Source: Calditrichaceae bacterium (GTDB taxonomy: Bacteria; Calditrichota; Calditrichia; Calditrichales; Calditrichaceae). Taken from it: a DNA stretch of 35,178 bases. The translations under genes and the position numbers were made by a program. The notes under the pieces were generated by a model. It was not told the origin of the DNA. It did not search any database and saw only the letters and a program-made list of their open reading frames with translations. Position 1 is the first letter of the stretch. Every line of letters begins with the position of its first letter. The stretch spans positions 1 to 35,178 of the forward strand of contig JARRPN010000010.1 of the NCBI GenBank assembly GCA_037382875.1, written 5' to 3'. Shown piece by piece: positions 15,884-24,482 of this stretch.

Positions 15884-17743
15884 TTAATTTAAAGGGACAA
15901 GTACACCACGCCAGTATTTTAGCAATCGGGTTGATTTATTATATCGGCTGTAATCTATTTTAAAATGGCGATAAATGCCTTTATAGGGCGATGAACTTGT
16001 GATGGTAGCAACAAAATTATCCCGATTAATGCCGGTTTTATTATCGGAAATTACTGTCACGACAAAATTGAAACAATCAAATCCTATAACATCAAATTTT
16101 TCAGGTGTGCGTTTATATTTAGTCCGAAAATTATTTCGAAACTGTCGATAATCCCAATTTTCTTCATCTATGTAACCATCTGAAATAAAAATGAGCCCAT
16201 TTAAATAAGTTCTGTTCTTTTTTAAAGCTTCTGGATTGTACCAATCTGAATTACCTAGGATTTGCGCCTGTATATTATAATAAGCATACTGAGATGCAAT
16301 TAAACTAATATCTTCCGTATAAATAGGCATAAATATCGCATCGAAAGTTGTTACAGGAATGTCAGCTGAATCAATTTTTGTATTGGTTTCTTCCAAAAGC
16401 AGCTTTTTTTCTTCCATATAATTTATATACATCGAATCGATCAGTGCTGGAGAAACGGTTGCATCCATTTCATAAAGTGAATCCTGAAAAGCTAATTTTA
16501 AACCGATACGTTTTAATTGTTTGAATTGTTTGGAAAAATCTTTATCGCCTGGATAATACCACTGTTCAGATGCAACGATGCCTCCAATTTCCTTATGTTT
16601 TTTTACAAAAGCATCTGTCATTTCAATAAAATAATTATCTATTGGAGCCAGAGTGGCAATACGTCTATTTTGTAAAGAATCGGCTAATTCTTCTACTAAA
16701 TTTTCTGATATAACATTGACGGGCGTTGCTAATTGAATAACATTCGGTGAAAGTTCAGTCAACTTGTTTTCAGATGAAGTGGGTGAGATCAAAGGAATTT
16801 TTTCATATTCAGCGATGGCGGCACATGCAACAGCAATATCATTTTCAATCGGACCAAATACAGCGATGATGGAACGATCGATAGCAATTTCTTTAAGTTC
16901 TTCAACCGCAGTAATTAATTTTGAGCCATAATCATATGGAACGATTTCAATGTCAATGCCAGGCAATTTATTGAAAGCTTCAACAGACATATTGGCACCA
17001 TCCAATATTCGTTTCCCAACGACTTCATTTTCACCGCTCAATGGCAGGAGTGCAGCGATACGAATTGTATTACTTTTCCTGTTTTTTAAAATATCATATA
17101 ATCGCTGTGATTCACTTGTATAGACGATGTTTTTTGCCGGACTCATGCGCAATTCTTCTAGAGTAATTAATGCGGAAGCTAAGTTACCTTTATCATAATA
17201 TTTTTCAGCCAGATGATACATATAAAAAATACGTGAATAAGGATCTGTTGTATTATCTTTTAAATTTGTAAGTTGTCGTTCATTCAATTTATAACGAGCT
17301 GTTTGTTCAGCCTGTTTTAGTGCTTTTTTACTAATCGGTTGATTTTTTGATGCGGCAGCGAGCCAAAAATGAACAGCGCTTTCATAATGATGTAATTGAT
17401 AATTATTATTTCCTGAAAGATAATAGATGTCATCAAGATAATTGGAATCCTGGAATTTACTAATAAATAATTCACAGGTCTTAATGGATTCATTGTATTT
17501 GCCAAGTTTATATTGTGTCTTTGCCAGCATTAGGTAATTAGCTGTAATCAGTCTCGTGTTTGGTAATTTTGAAATCATTGTACTGAAATTTTTTTCAGCT
17601 TCAATGAATTTACCAGCTTGATAATCGTCCACACCTTTTCTGAATATTGTCCATTCGCGATCAGGCGCCTCTTGAGCTTGTAATGATTGTATTATTACAA
17701 ATAAAAAAAGAAGTACCCCAATTACCCGATTAAGGTTAACCAT
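15884..17743 (-). CDS. periplasmic TPR-repeat + type-1 periplasmic-binding-fold protein (LivK-like module; LpoA-like architecture)
   Basis: 619 aa with a signal peptide (VIGVLLFLFVIIQSLQAQ). The N-terminal ~200 aa are TPR-like helical repeats. From IRIAALLPLSGENEVVGKRILDGANMSVEAFN onward it looks like a Leu/Ile/Val-binding-protein type PBP1 domain. No lipobox Cys is present. AGAGGA SD upstream. Confidence 0.6.
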   Translation of the reverse strand: MVNLNRVIGVLLFLFVIIQSLQAQEAPDREWTIFRKGVDDYQAGKFIEAEKNFSTMISKLPNTRLITANYLMLAKTQYKLGKYNESIKTCELFISKFQDSNYLDDIYYLSGNNNYQLHHYESAVHFWLAAASKNQPISKKALKQAEQTARYKLNERQLTNLKDNTTDPYSRIFYMYHLAEKYYDKGNLASALITLEELRMSPAKNIVYTSESQRLYDILKNRKSNTIRIAALLPLSGENEVVGKRILDGANMSVEAFNKLPGIDIEIVPYDYGSKLITAVEELKEIAIDRSIIAVFGPIENDIAVACAAIAEYEKIPLISPTSSENKLTELSPNVIQLATPVNVISENLVEELADSLQNRRIATLAPIDNYFIEMTDAFVKKHKEIGGIVASEQWYYPGDKDFSKQFKQLKRIGLKLAFQDSLYEMDATVSPALIDSMYINYMEEKKLLLEETNTKIDSADIPVTTFDAIFMPIYTEDISLIASQYAYYNIQAQILGNSDWYNPEALKKNRTYLNGLIFISDGYIDEENWDYRQFRNNFRTKYKRTPEKFDVIGFDCFNFVVTVISDNKTGINRDNFVATITSSSPYKGIYRHFKIDYSRYNKSTRLLKYWRGVLVPLN

Positions 17744-17850
17744 TTAGATTTTCCTCTTATTTAAATAGAATGATAAGCGGATTGTGAGAATCCGGATCGT
17801 TCAGATAATGTGAGCAAAATTTAGTTGTAAATTTTTAAAAATGAAAATAT

Positions 17851-19677
17851 TTATTCAACAGTAACACTTTTTGCCAGATTTCTTGGCTGATCAACGTTAC
17901 AACCACGAAGAACAGCAATATGATAAGCTAATAATTGCAGTGGAATTACTGTTAACAGCGGTGATAGTGCCTGACATGATTCGGGTATATAGATTACATG
18001 ATCACCGTATTGACCAATTTTAGTATCACCCTCAGTCGCTATAATGATAACGCGTCCTTTTCTTGCACGTACTTCTTCAATATTACTGATAACTTTATCA
18101 TAAATAGCGTCTTTTGTAGCTATAAAAACGACGGGCATATTTTCATCGATTAAAGCGATTGGACCATGTTTCATTTCAGCAGCGGGATAGCCCTCGGCAT
18201 GAATGTAGGATATTTCCTTTAATTTTAAGGCACCTTCAAGCGCTACCGGGAAATTATAACCACGGCCAAGATACAGGAAATTTTTCTCATTTTTATAAAT
18301 ATCAGCCATTTCTTTAATTTTATCATTTTGTGCTAATATTTTTTCGACATTTTCAGGTAATTTTACTAATTCATCGATTAATTGTTTAGCTTGCACAACG
18401 GACATATGTTTTCGGCGAGCGATCATAAGGGTAATTAAAACAATGGCTGTTACCTGTGAAGTAAATGCTTTTGTACTGGCTACGCCAATTTCAGGTCCTG
18501 CATGAATATAAACACCAGCGTCCGTCTCACGAGCAATGGTTGATCCAACCGTATTCACAATGCCTATAACCGTTGCTCCTTTATGTTTTCCTTCGCGAAG
18601 AGCTGCTAATGTATCGGCCGTTTCACCTGATTGAGATATTGCAATAACAACCTCATTAGGATGAATGATCGGATTGCGATATCTAAATTCAGAAGCGTAT
18701 TCTACTTCAACAGGAATTCGACAATACTCCTCCAGCAAATATTCACCAATCAATGCAGCATGCCAGGAAGTACCGGATGCGGTGAAATATATTTTATCAG
18801 CATTAACGAATTTTTCTTCAACCTCACGCAATCCACCTAATTTTACTAATCCTTCTTCACGCATGATCCTTCCGCGCATACAATCCATAATTGTTTTAGG
18901 TTGCTCAAAAATTTCTTTGAGCATATAATGATCGTAACCTTCTTTTTCAATGGCTTCAAGATCAAAGGTAACTTTCTCAATTTTCTTTTCAATCATTTTA
19001 TTATGAATAGTTTTGGTAATAATACCCGATTCGGATATTATCGCCATTTCATCGTCTTCAAGATAAAAAACATTACGGGTGTGTGGTACGAGAGGTGTCA
19101 CATCGGAAGCGACAAAAAATTCATTTTCACCTACACCAATTACAATTGGACTTCCTTTACGAGCAACATAAATTTTTCCCGGATCATGTTTGGTTATCAA
19201 GGCAATACCATATGTACCTTCCAATCTCAGTAAAGATTCCCGAAATGCTTTCTCCATGTCACCACTATAATTTTCCTCTACCAAATGTGCGATAATTTCA
19301 GTATCCGTATCGGTTTTAAATTCATGCCCTTTATTCTGAAGCATTTTTTTCAAAACAGTATAATTTTCAATAATACCATTATGGATGAGAACAATATTAC
19401 CTGACTGATCTGAATGAGGATGTGCGTTTACTTTATTGGGTTGACCATGTGTTGCCCAGCGTGTATGCCCAATTCCTACAGTCCCTTTGGGAGCATTTTT
19501 AGCCAGGGCAGTTTCTAAGTTAATAATTTTTCCAACTTCCTTTACTACTTCGATTCCAGAATTATTTAATACGGCTATACCGGCAGAATCATAGCCTCGA
19601 TATTCGAGCCTTTTTAATCCATTTATTAATACAGGAACTGCTTCATTACTACCGAGATAACCAACAATACCACACAT
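17851..19677 (-). CDS. glmS: glutamine--fructose-6-phosphate aminotransferase (isomerizing)
   Basis: I placed the start at ATG 19677 so the protein begins MCGIVGY. The Ntn amidotransferase needs Cys as the first residue after Met removal. AGGAG lies 6 nt upstream. The track start at 19740 adds 21 residues that overlap guaA. The C-terminal SIS domains end in the canonical ...NLAKSVTVE. Confidence 0.95.
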   Translation of the reverse strand: MCGIVGYLGSNEAVPVLINGLKRLEYRGYDSAGIAVLNNSGIEVVKEVGKIINLETALAKNAPKGTVGIGHTRWATHGQPNKVNAHPHSDQSGNIVLIHNGIIENYTVLKKMLQNKGHEFKTDTDTEIIAHLVEENYSGDMEKAFRESLLRLEGTYGIALITKHDPGKIYVARKGSPIVIGVGENEFFVASDVTPLVPHTRNVFYLEDDEMAIISESGIITKTIHNKMIEKKIEKVTFDLEAIEKEGYDHYMLKEIFEQPKTIMDCMRGRIMREEGLVKLGGLREVEEKFVNADKIYFTASGTSWHAALIGEYLLEEYCRIPVEVEYASEFRYRNPIIHPNEVVIAISQSGETADTLAALREGKHKGATVIGIVNTVGSTIARETDAGVYIHAGPEIGVASTKAFTSQVTAIVLITLMIARRKHMSVVQAKQLIDELVKLPENVEKILAQNDKIKEMADIYKNEKNFLYLGRGYNFPVALEGALKLKEISYIHAEGYPAAEMKHGPIALIDENMPVVFIATKDAIYDKVISNIEEVRARKGRVIIIATEGDTKIGQYGDHVIYIPESCQALSPLLTVIPLQLLAYHIAVLRGCNVDQPRNLAKSVTVE

Positions 19678-19690
19678 GATAACTCCTAAC

Positions 19691-21256
19691 TTATTCCCAT
19701 TCAATTGTTGCTGGAGGTTTCGAGCTGATATCATAAACAACCCGATTCACTCCATTTACTTCATTTATAATTCTGTTTGATATCTTCCCTAAGATGTCGT
19801 ATGACATTTTATACCAATCAGCGGTCATTCCATCTGTACTGGTTACGGCCCGTAAAGCAATCACGTTTTCATACGTTCTTTGATCACCCATGACACCAAC
19901 GGTTTGAACAGGAAGTAACACAGCAAAAGCCTGCCATATTTCATTGTAAATATCATTGTTGTGTAACTCTTTAATGTAAATGGCATCGGCTTTTTGAAGT
20001 ATATCGACCCTTTCCTTTGAAACTGAACCCAAAATTCTCACAGCAAGACCCGGGCCGGGAAATGGATGACGCCCTATTACTTTCTCAGGTATGCCAAGTT
20101 CTCGGCCCACATTACGCACTTCATCTTTAAATAATTCTCTTAATGGTTCAATCAATTCAAAATCAAAATGTTCCGGCAATCCGCCAACATTATGATGCGA
20201 TTTAATTGTGGCCGAAGGTCCTTTAAATGAAATACTCTCAATTACATCCGGATATAAAGTACCCTGAGCTAGAAAGTCAAAACTACCGATCTTTTTGGCT
20301 TCTGTTTCAAATTCTCTTATAAATTCATTTCCAATTATTTTTCTTTTCTCTTCTGGATCTTGAATGCCTGCTAATTTAGCATAAAACAAATCGCTGCTAT
20401 TGATACAGGTCAAATCAATAGCAAAATTTTTTCTGAATATCTGTTCGACGTCATCAGCTTCATTCATCCTTAATAAACCGGTATCAATAAATATGCAATG
20501 CAATTGTTTTCCAATAGCTTTTGAGAGTAAGACCGCTACCACACTGGAATCAACCCCACCGCTCATCGCGCATAAGACTTGCTGTTCACCCACTTTTTGA
20601 CGAATATTTTTGATACTTTCCTCTATGAAAGACTGAGAAGACCAATCTCCAGAACATTTACATATTTCGAATACAAAATTAGAAAGAATTTGTATTCCCT
20701 CAACGGTATGCACGACTTCCGGATGAAATTGAATACCAAAGATATCTAAATTTTCATGTGTAATAGCTGCATAGGGTGAGTTGTTTGTTTCAGCAATAGT
20801 CTTAAAACTGACAGCCAGTTTTGTGACTTTATCTCCGTGGCTCATCCATACATTTGTGGTTTTAGCAATATTTTTAAACAATTTAGATTCATTGATAATT
20901 TTTAAATTCGCTAATCCGTATTCTTTATGCTCAGCTGGGGCGATTTCCCCGCCGGACAAATAAGATATCAATTGCAGACCATAACAAATTCCTAAAATTG
21001 GCAAACCTAATTCCAATATATCTTTTTCAATAAGTGGTGCATCTTGTTCATAAACAGATGAGGGTCCACCCGACAAAATAATGCCTTTGATATTTCTATT
21101 TTTAATTAAGTTCAAATCATAGTTATATGGCTGAATTTCAGAAAACACATTTAATTCGCGAATGCGACGAGCGATGAGCTGTGTATATTGTGAACCGAAA
21201 TCAAGAATTAAAATTGTTTCATGCAGCAAATCATTTGTTATGGTTTTAGATTCCAT
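19691..21256 (-). CDS. guaA: GMP synthase (glutamine-hydrolyzing)
   Basis: 521 aa. Motifs: [18 protein letters not shown], GATase catalytic [11 protein letters not shown]-PPase SGGVDSSV and C-terminal KPPATIEWE. The ATG at 21256 has AAAGGA upstream and overlaps the surE 3' end by 19 nt. Confidence 0.95.
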   Translation of the reverse strand: MESKTITNDLLHETILILDFGSQYTQLIARRIRELNVFSEIQPYNYDLNLIKNRNIKGIILSGGPSSVYEQDAPLIEKDILELGLPILGICYGLQLISYLSGGEIAPAEHKEYGLANLKIINESKLFKNIAKTTNVWMSHGDKVTKLAVSFKTIAETNNSPYAAITHENLDIFGIQFHPEVVHTVEGIQILSNFVFEICKCSGDWSSQSFIEESIKNIRQKVGEQQVLCAMSGGVDSSVVAVLLSKAIGKQLHCIFIDTGLLRMNEADDVEQIFRKNFAIDLTCINSSDLFYAKLAGIQDPEEKRKIIGNEFIREFETEAKKIGSFDFLAQGTLYPDVIESISFKGPSATIKSHHNVGGLPEHFDFELIEPLRELFKDEVRNVGRELGIPEKVIGRHPFPGPGLAVRILGSVSKERVDILQKADAIYIKELHNNDIYNEIWQAFAVLLPVQTVGVMGDQRTYENVIALRAVTSTDGMTADWYKMSYDILGKISNRIINEVNGVNRVVYDISSKPPATIEWE

Positions 21257-22005
21257 TTATTTAAGTCCTTTAAGAAATCGTAGTTGGTCAAATCGTAATG
21301 AATAGGTGTGATAGATACATTATTATTCATAACAGCCAGATCATCAACATCCGGGTCTTTGTCAAGTAACATTCGTTTGCCTGTTAACCAGTAATAGGTG
21401 CGATTGTTTGGATCCGTCCGTTTATCAAATGCTTCCTGATAACGCCCTTTCCCCTGTCTGGTTATTATAATATCATTTATTTCATTTTCCGGAACCGCGG
21501 GTACATTCACGTTTAAAAGCGTTTCATCGGGCAAACCATTTTTTAATATTTCGCGGGCAATCTGGAATGCAATTTTTCCTGAGTATGAAAAATCTTTACT
21601 GGTAAAAGATGTCAGCGAAACTGCCATCGCTGGTATACCCATTATTACAGCTTCAGCAGCAGCGGAAACCGTTCCTGAATAAATAATATTTGTTGCTGTA
21701 TTGGGACCAAGATTAATACCGCTGACCACCAAATCCGGCTTGTTTTTAAGAATACATTGAATGCCAATCTTAACACAATCTGCAGGTGTACCGTTGACCG
21801 CATATCCGAAAAACATACTATCACGTTCAACTTCAATTACACGAAGAGGATCAGAAATTGTAATAGCATGGCCAACAGCACTTTTTTCAATTAATGGTGC
21901 AACAACAGTGACTGATCCAATTTCTTTTAATGATTGATATAATTGTAAAATACCAGGAGCATAAATGCCATCATCATTGGTAATCAATATAGATGGTGTT
22001 TTCAT
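21238..22005 (-). CDS. surE: 5'/3'-nucleotidase SurE
   Basis: 255 aa with N-terminal [14 protein letters not shown], then GINLGPN...YSGTVSAA, as in SurE. Confidence 0.9.
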   Translation of the reverse strand: MKTPSILITNDDGIYAPGILQLYQSLKEIGSVTVVAPLIEKSAVGHAITISDPLRVIEVERDSMFFGYAVNGTPADCVKIGIQCILKNKPDLVVSGINLGPNTATNIIYSGTVSAAAEAVIMGIPAMAVSLTSFTSKDFSYSGKIAFQIAREILKNGLPDETLLNVNVPAVPENEINDIIITRQGKGRYQEAFDKRTDPNNRTYYWLTGKRMLLDKDPDVDDLAVMNNNVSITPIHYDLTNYDFLKDLNKWNLKP

Positions 22006-22031
22006 AGACTTTATAGGACATTAATCAGTAA

Positions 22032-22877
22032 TTAGTTTTTAGACTCCAGAAATTCTAAAATTTTGGATATGCGTTCTTTCAGCTCTTGTCTATGAACAAT
22101 CAGATCAAGAAATCCATGATCCTGAACAAACTCAGATCTCTGAAATCCTTTGGGTAGATCTTGGCCAATAGTTTGTTTAATCACCCGTGGACCGGCAAAA
22201 CCAATCAAAGCCCCGGGCTCAGCAATATGCACATCTCCGAGCATGGCGAAACTTGCTGTAGTACCACCTGTAGTAGGATTTGTCAAAATGGAAATATATG
22301 GGATACCAGCTTTTGCAAGTTGAGCCAATTTAGCACTGGTTTTTGCTAATTGCATTAAACTAAGCACACCTTCATGCATTCTGGCACCACCGGATGAAGA
22401 AACAATAATAAGAGGACATTTCAGTTTAATCGATTTATCTATAGCACGAGCTATTTTTTCGCCGACAACGGAGCCCATACTTCCACCAAGAAATCTAAAA
22501 TCCATAATGGCTACTACGACTTTACGCTTTTCCAGATTGCCGGTTCCGGTCACAACGGCTTCATTAATACCAGTCTTTTTAACGGTTGCTTTATATCGAT
22601 CGCTATAATGTTTAAAATCAGTGAATTCCAGAGGATCAGATGATTTTATCTTTTTATTAAATTCCCTGAAACTGCCTTTATCCAGCAAAACAGAAATATA
22701 AACATCATTACCTACGCGCAAATGCATATCGCAATGTGGGCAAACATAAAACTTCTTTTCCAGTTCTTTTTTGAATATAATTTCGCCACAGCCATCACAC
22801 TTAATCCATAATCCATCAGGAAGTTCTTTTTTCTGTATCGGTTTGAGTGATTCCTTTTTACGTTTAAACCAATCCAT
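22032..22877 (-). CDS. accD: acetyl-CoA carboxylase carboxyltransferase subunit beta
   Basis: 281 aa. It has an N-terminal Cys4 zinc ribbon (CDGCGEIIFKKELEKKFYVCPHCDMHLRV), then FLGGSMGSVVGEKI and SSGGARMHEG. GAGGA SD upstream. Confidence 0.92.
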   Translation of the reverse strand: MDWFKRKKESLKPIQKKELPDGLWIKCDGCGEIIFKKELEKKFYVCPHCDMHLRVGNDVYISVLLDKGSFREFNKKIKSSDPLEFTDFKHYSDRYKATVKKTGINEAVVTGTGNLEKRKVVVAIMDFRFLGGSMGSVVGEKIARAIDKSIKLKCPLIIVSSSGGARMHEGVLSLMQLAKTSAKLAQLAKAGIPYISILTNPTTGGTTASFAMLGDVHIAEPGALIGFAGPRVIKQTIGQDLPKGFQRSEFVQDHGFLDLIVHRQELKERISKILEFLESKN

Positions 22878-22890
22878 TATATATCCTCAC

Positions 22891-23331
22891 TTATTGATTC
22901 AATTTCTTATACATCACAATCGCATCTTCAGTATTAGAATAATATTTTTCCCGAACATATAATTCCTTAAATGCGAATTTTTTATAAAGATTAATAGCAG
23001 AAATATTAGACTTTCGAACCTCCAGAAAAGCTGACTTGTAGGCTTTAAATTTGTCTAATATGTTCTCTAATAATATTTGTCCTAAACACTGGTTTCTAAA
23101 ATCGGGATGAATTGCAAAATTCCCGATATGAATTTCACCGCTATAATACCAAACTACAGCGTATCCGGCAATTAAATTATCTTTTTCTAAAACACAAGGA
23201 TATGAATTTTGTCTGTTCTCTACCTCAACTCTAAAACTTTCAAGTGTCCAGGGATCACTGAATATTAGTTTTTCTAATTCAAATACCATCTGCACATCTT
23301 TCTGCTGCATTCGGCGGATCACTACATTCAC
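22891..23331 (-). CDS. rimI: ribosomal-protein-alanine N-acetyltransferase RimI (GNAT family)
   Basis: 146-aa GNAT ORF (IAGYAVVWYYSGEIHIGNFAIHPDFRNQCLGQILL, EVRKSNISAINLYKKFAF). It sits in the conserved tsaE-tsaB-rimI context. The GTG start at 23331 overlaps the tsaB stop (GTGA). Confidence 0.8.
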   Translation of the reverse strand: MNVVIRRMQQKDVQMVFELEKLIFSDPWTLESFRVEVENRQNSYPCVLEKDNLIAGYAVVWYYSGEIHIGNFAIHPDFRNQCLGQILLENILDKFKAYKSAFLEVRKSNISAINLYKKFAFKELYVREKYYSNTEDAIVMYKKLNQ

Positions 23332-23938
23332 TGTACACCTGCAAAAGGCCTAATGTAGAGTGGTTCTAGATCAGCTAGGCTATCCGATCCGGTATCCTGA
23401 AATTTATGCCAGCCTATTTTAGCTGTTAAAGCAGATGAATATCGTCCTAATTCTATTAAAGTGATGCCCTTTTTCAATAATTCCTTTTTAAATGAATTAT
23501 CTAGACGAGTGTCCTGCCCTGAAATTAAAACAGCACTTTCATCTATTCTCCGAGGTATACCTCATCTTGCCTGGCATCAATGATTGTAAAGACTTTATTA
23601 GAATCATCAGGGCAATATTCTGCTAAAACCTGGTGATTACTTATGCCAACAATGGGTATATTCTTCCCAAGGCATAATCCCTGGGCATAACTTAATCCAA
23701 TTCGTAATCCTGTAAAAGAACCCGGTCCAATTGAAACAGCAACCAACTTCAGATCATCCATAAAATTTTCTGAAGCTAATTTATTATCTGTAAGAAATTT
23801 CCCTCCATTTTCAACCAAACTTCCGACCAACGATGCATGTTGTCTCGGTAATTCATGATTGTATTCAGCTAAGATTCGATCATTTTCAACAAACGCAACA
23901 CTGCACAATAAATCAGATGTCTCAATTCCAAGGATCAT
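23328..23938 (-). pseudogene. tsaB: tRNA t6A37 biosynthesis protein TsaB (YeaZ), interrupted as sequenced by a 1-nt frameshift
   Basis: Track ORF 23543..23938 gives the N-terminal 131 aa (MILGIETSDLLCSVAF...SIGPGSFTGLRIGLSYAQGL...IIDARQDEVY) and stops early. The next frame, read by hand, is open from 23561 to TGA 23330..23328. It gives (G)IPRRIDESAVLISGQDTRLDNSFKKELLKKGITLIELGRYSSALTAKIGWHKFQDTGSDSLADLEPLYIRPFAGVQ, which has a TsaB-type C-terminus (EPLYIRP). The combined length is about 203 aa. Confidence 0.85.
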
Positions 23939-24363
23939 AATCTATTAACAAGGCTTAATGTATAAATTCTTGAATTGTTATCAAATTCCAAATTCAATTT
24001 ATAATAATTTTTCAATTGATTTTCGATCATTCCGGGCCATTCAATAAACGTTACTGATCCATTTTCTAAATGTTCTTCCCAGCCCAAATTATCAAGTTCA
24101 CGTAAATCATTTATTCGATAAAAATCAAAGTGATTTATCGGTATCGGTCCATTATATTGATGTAAAATAGCAAATGAGGGACTGGATGCCTCATCATATG
24201 TTTCCCATATTTTACAAATTTCTTTTACTAGAAATGTTTTGCCTACGCCCAGATCACCTTCAAGTAATATAGTATCATTTAATTGAAATAATTCTGCCAA
24301 TTCAACGGCAAATTTTTTTGAATCTTCAATCGTATTAATTTTAATCTTTCTTATCTGTTTCAT
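23935..24363 (-). CDS. tsaE: tRNA t6A37 biosynthesis ATPase TsaE (YjeE)
   Basis: 142 aa. Motifs: P-loop LLEGDLGVGKTFLVKEI, SPSFAILHQY, HFDFYRI and TFIEWP. A 4-nt ATGA overlap links it to tsaB. Confidence 0.9.
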   Translation of the reverse strand: MKQIRKIKINTIEDSKKFAVELAELFQLNDTILLEGDLGVGKTFLVKEICKIWETYDEASSPSFAILHQYNGPIPINHFDFYRINDLRELDNLGWEEHLENGSVTFIEWPGMIENQLKNYYKLNLEFDNNSRIYTLSLVNRL

Positions 24364-24482
24364 ATATAATTATTATGTTCAAACAGATTGATGAAATTAA
24401 CCGAAAATGACTATGAATACACGCAAAAGCAATAGTTATCTGAAAGCTACAAATATACGTACTAGACCCATATTACTTAAAA

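Noticed and set aside
17778-17794. Hairpin CGGATT-GTGAG-AATCCG downstream of glmS as a possible terminator.
   Set aside because: The stem is only 6 bp and no U-run follows on the - strand. The evidence is too weak to call a terminator.
18631-19295. Cluster of four + strand ORFs (69-110 aa) antisense to glmS.
   Set aside because: All lie inside the highly conserved glmS CDS. They are AT-rich antisense frames with no start-site support.
19678-19740. A 21-residue N-terminal extension of GlmS from the longest ORF, and the possibility of a glmS ribozyme upstream.
   Set aside because: GlmS requires Cys at position 1 after Met removal, so the MCGIVGY start at 19677 with its AGGAG SD is the real start. 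Only 13 nt separate it from the guaA stop, far too short for a ribozyme.
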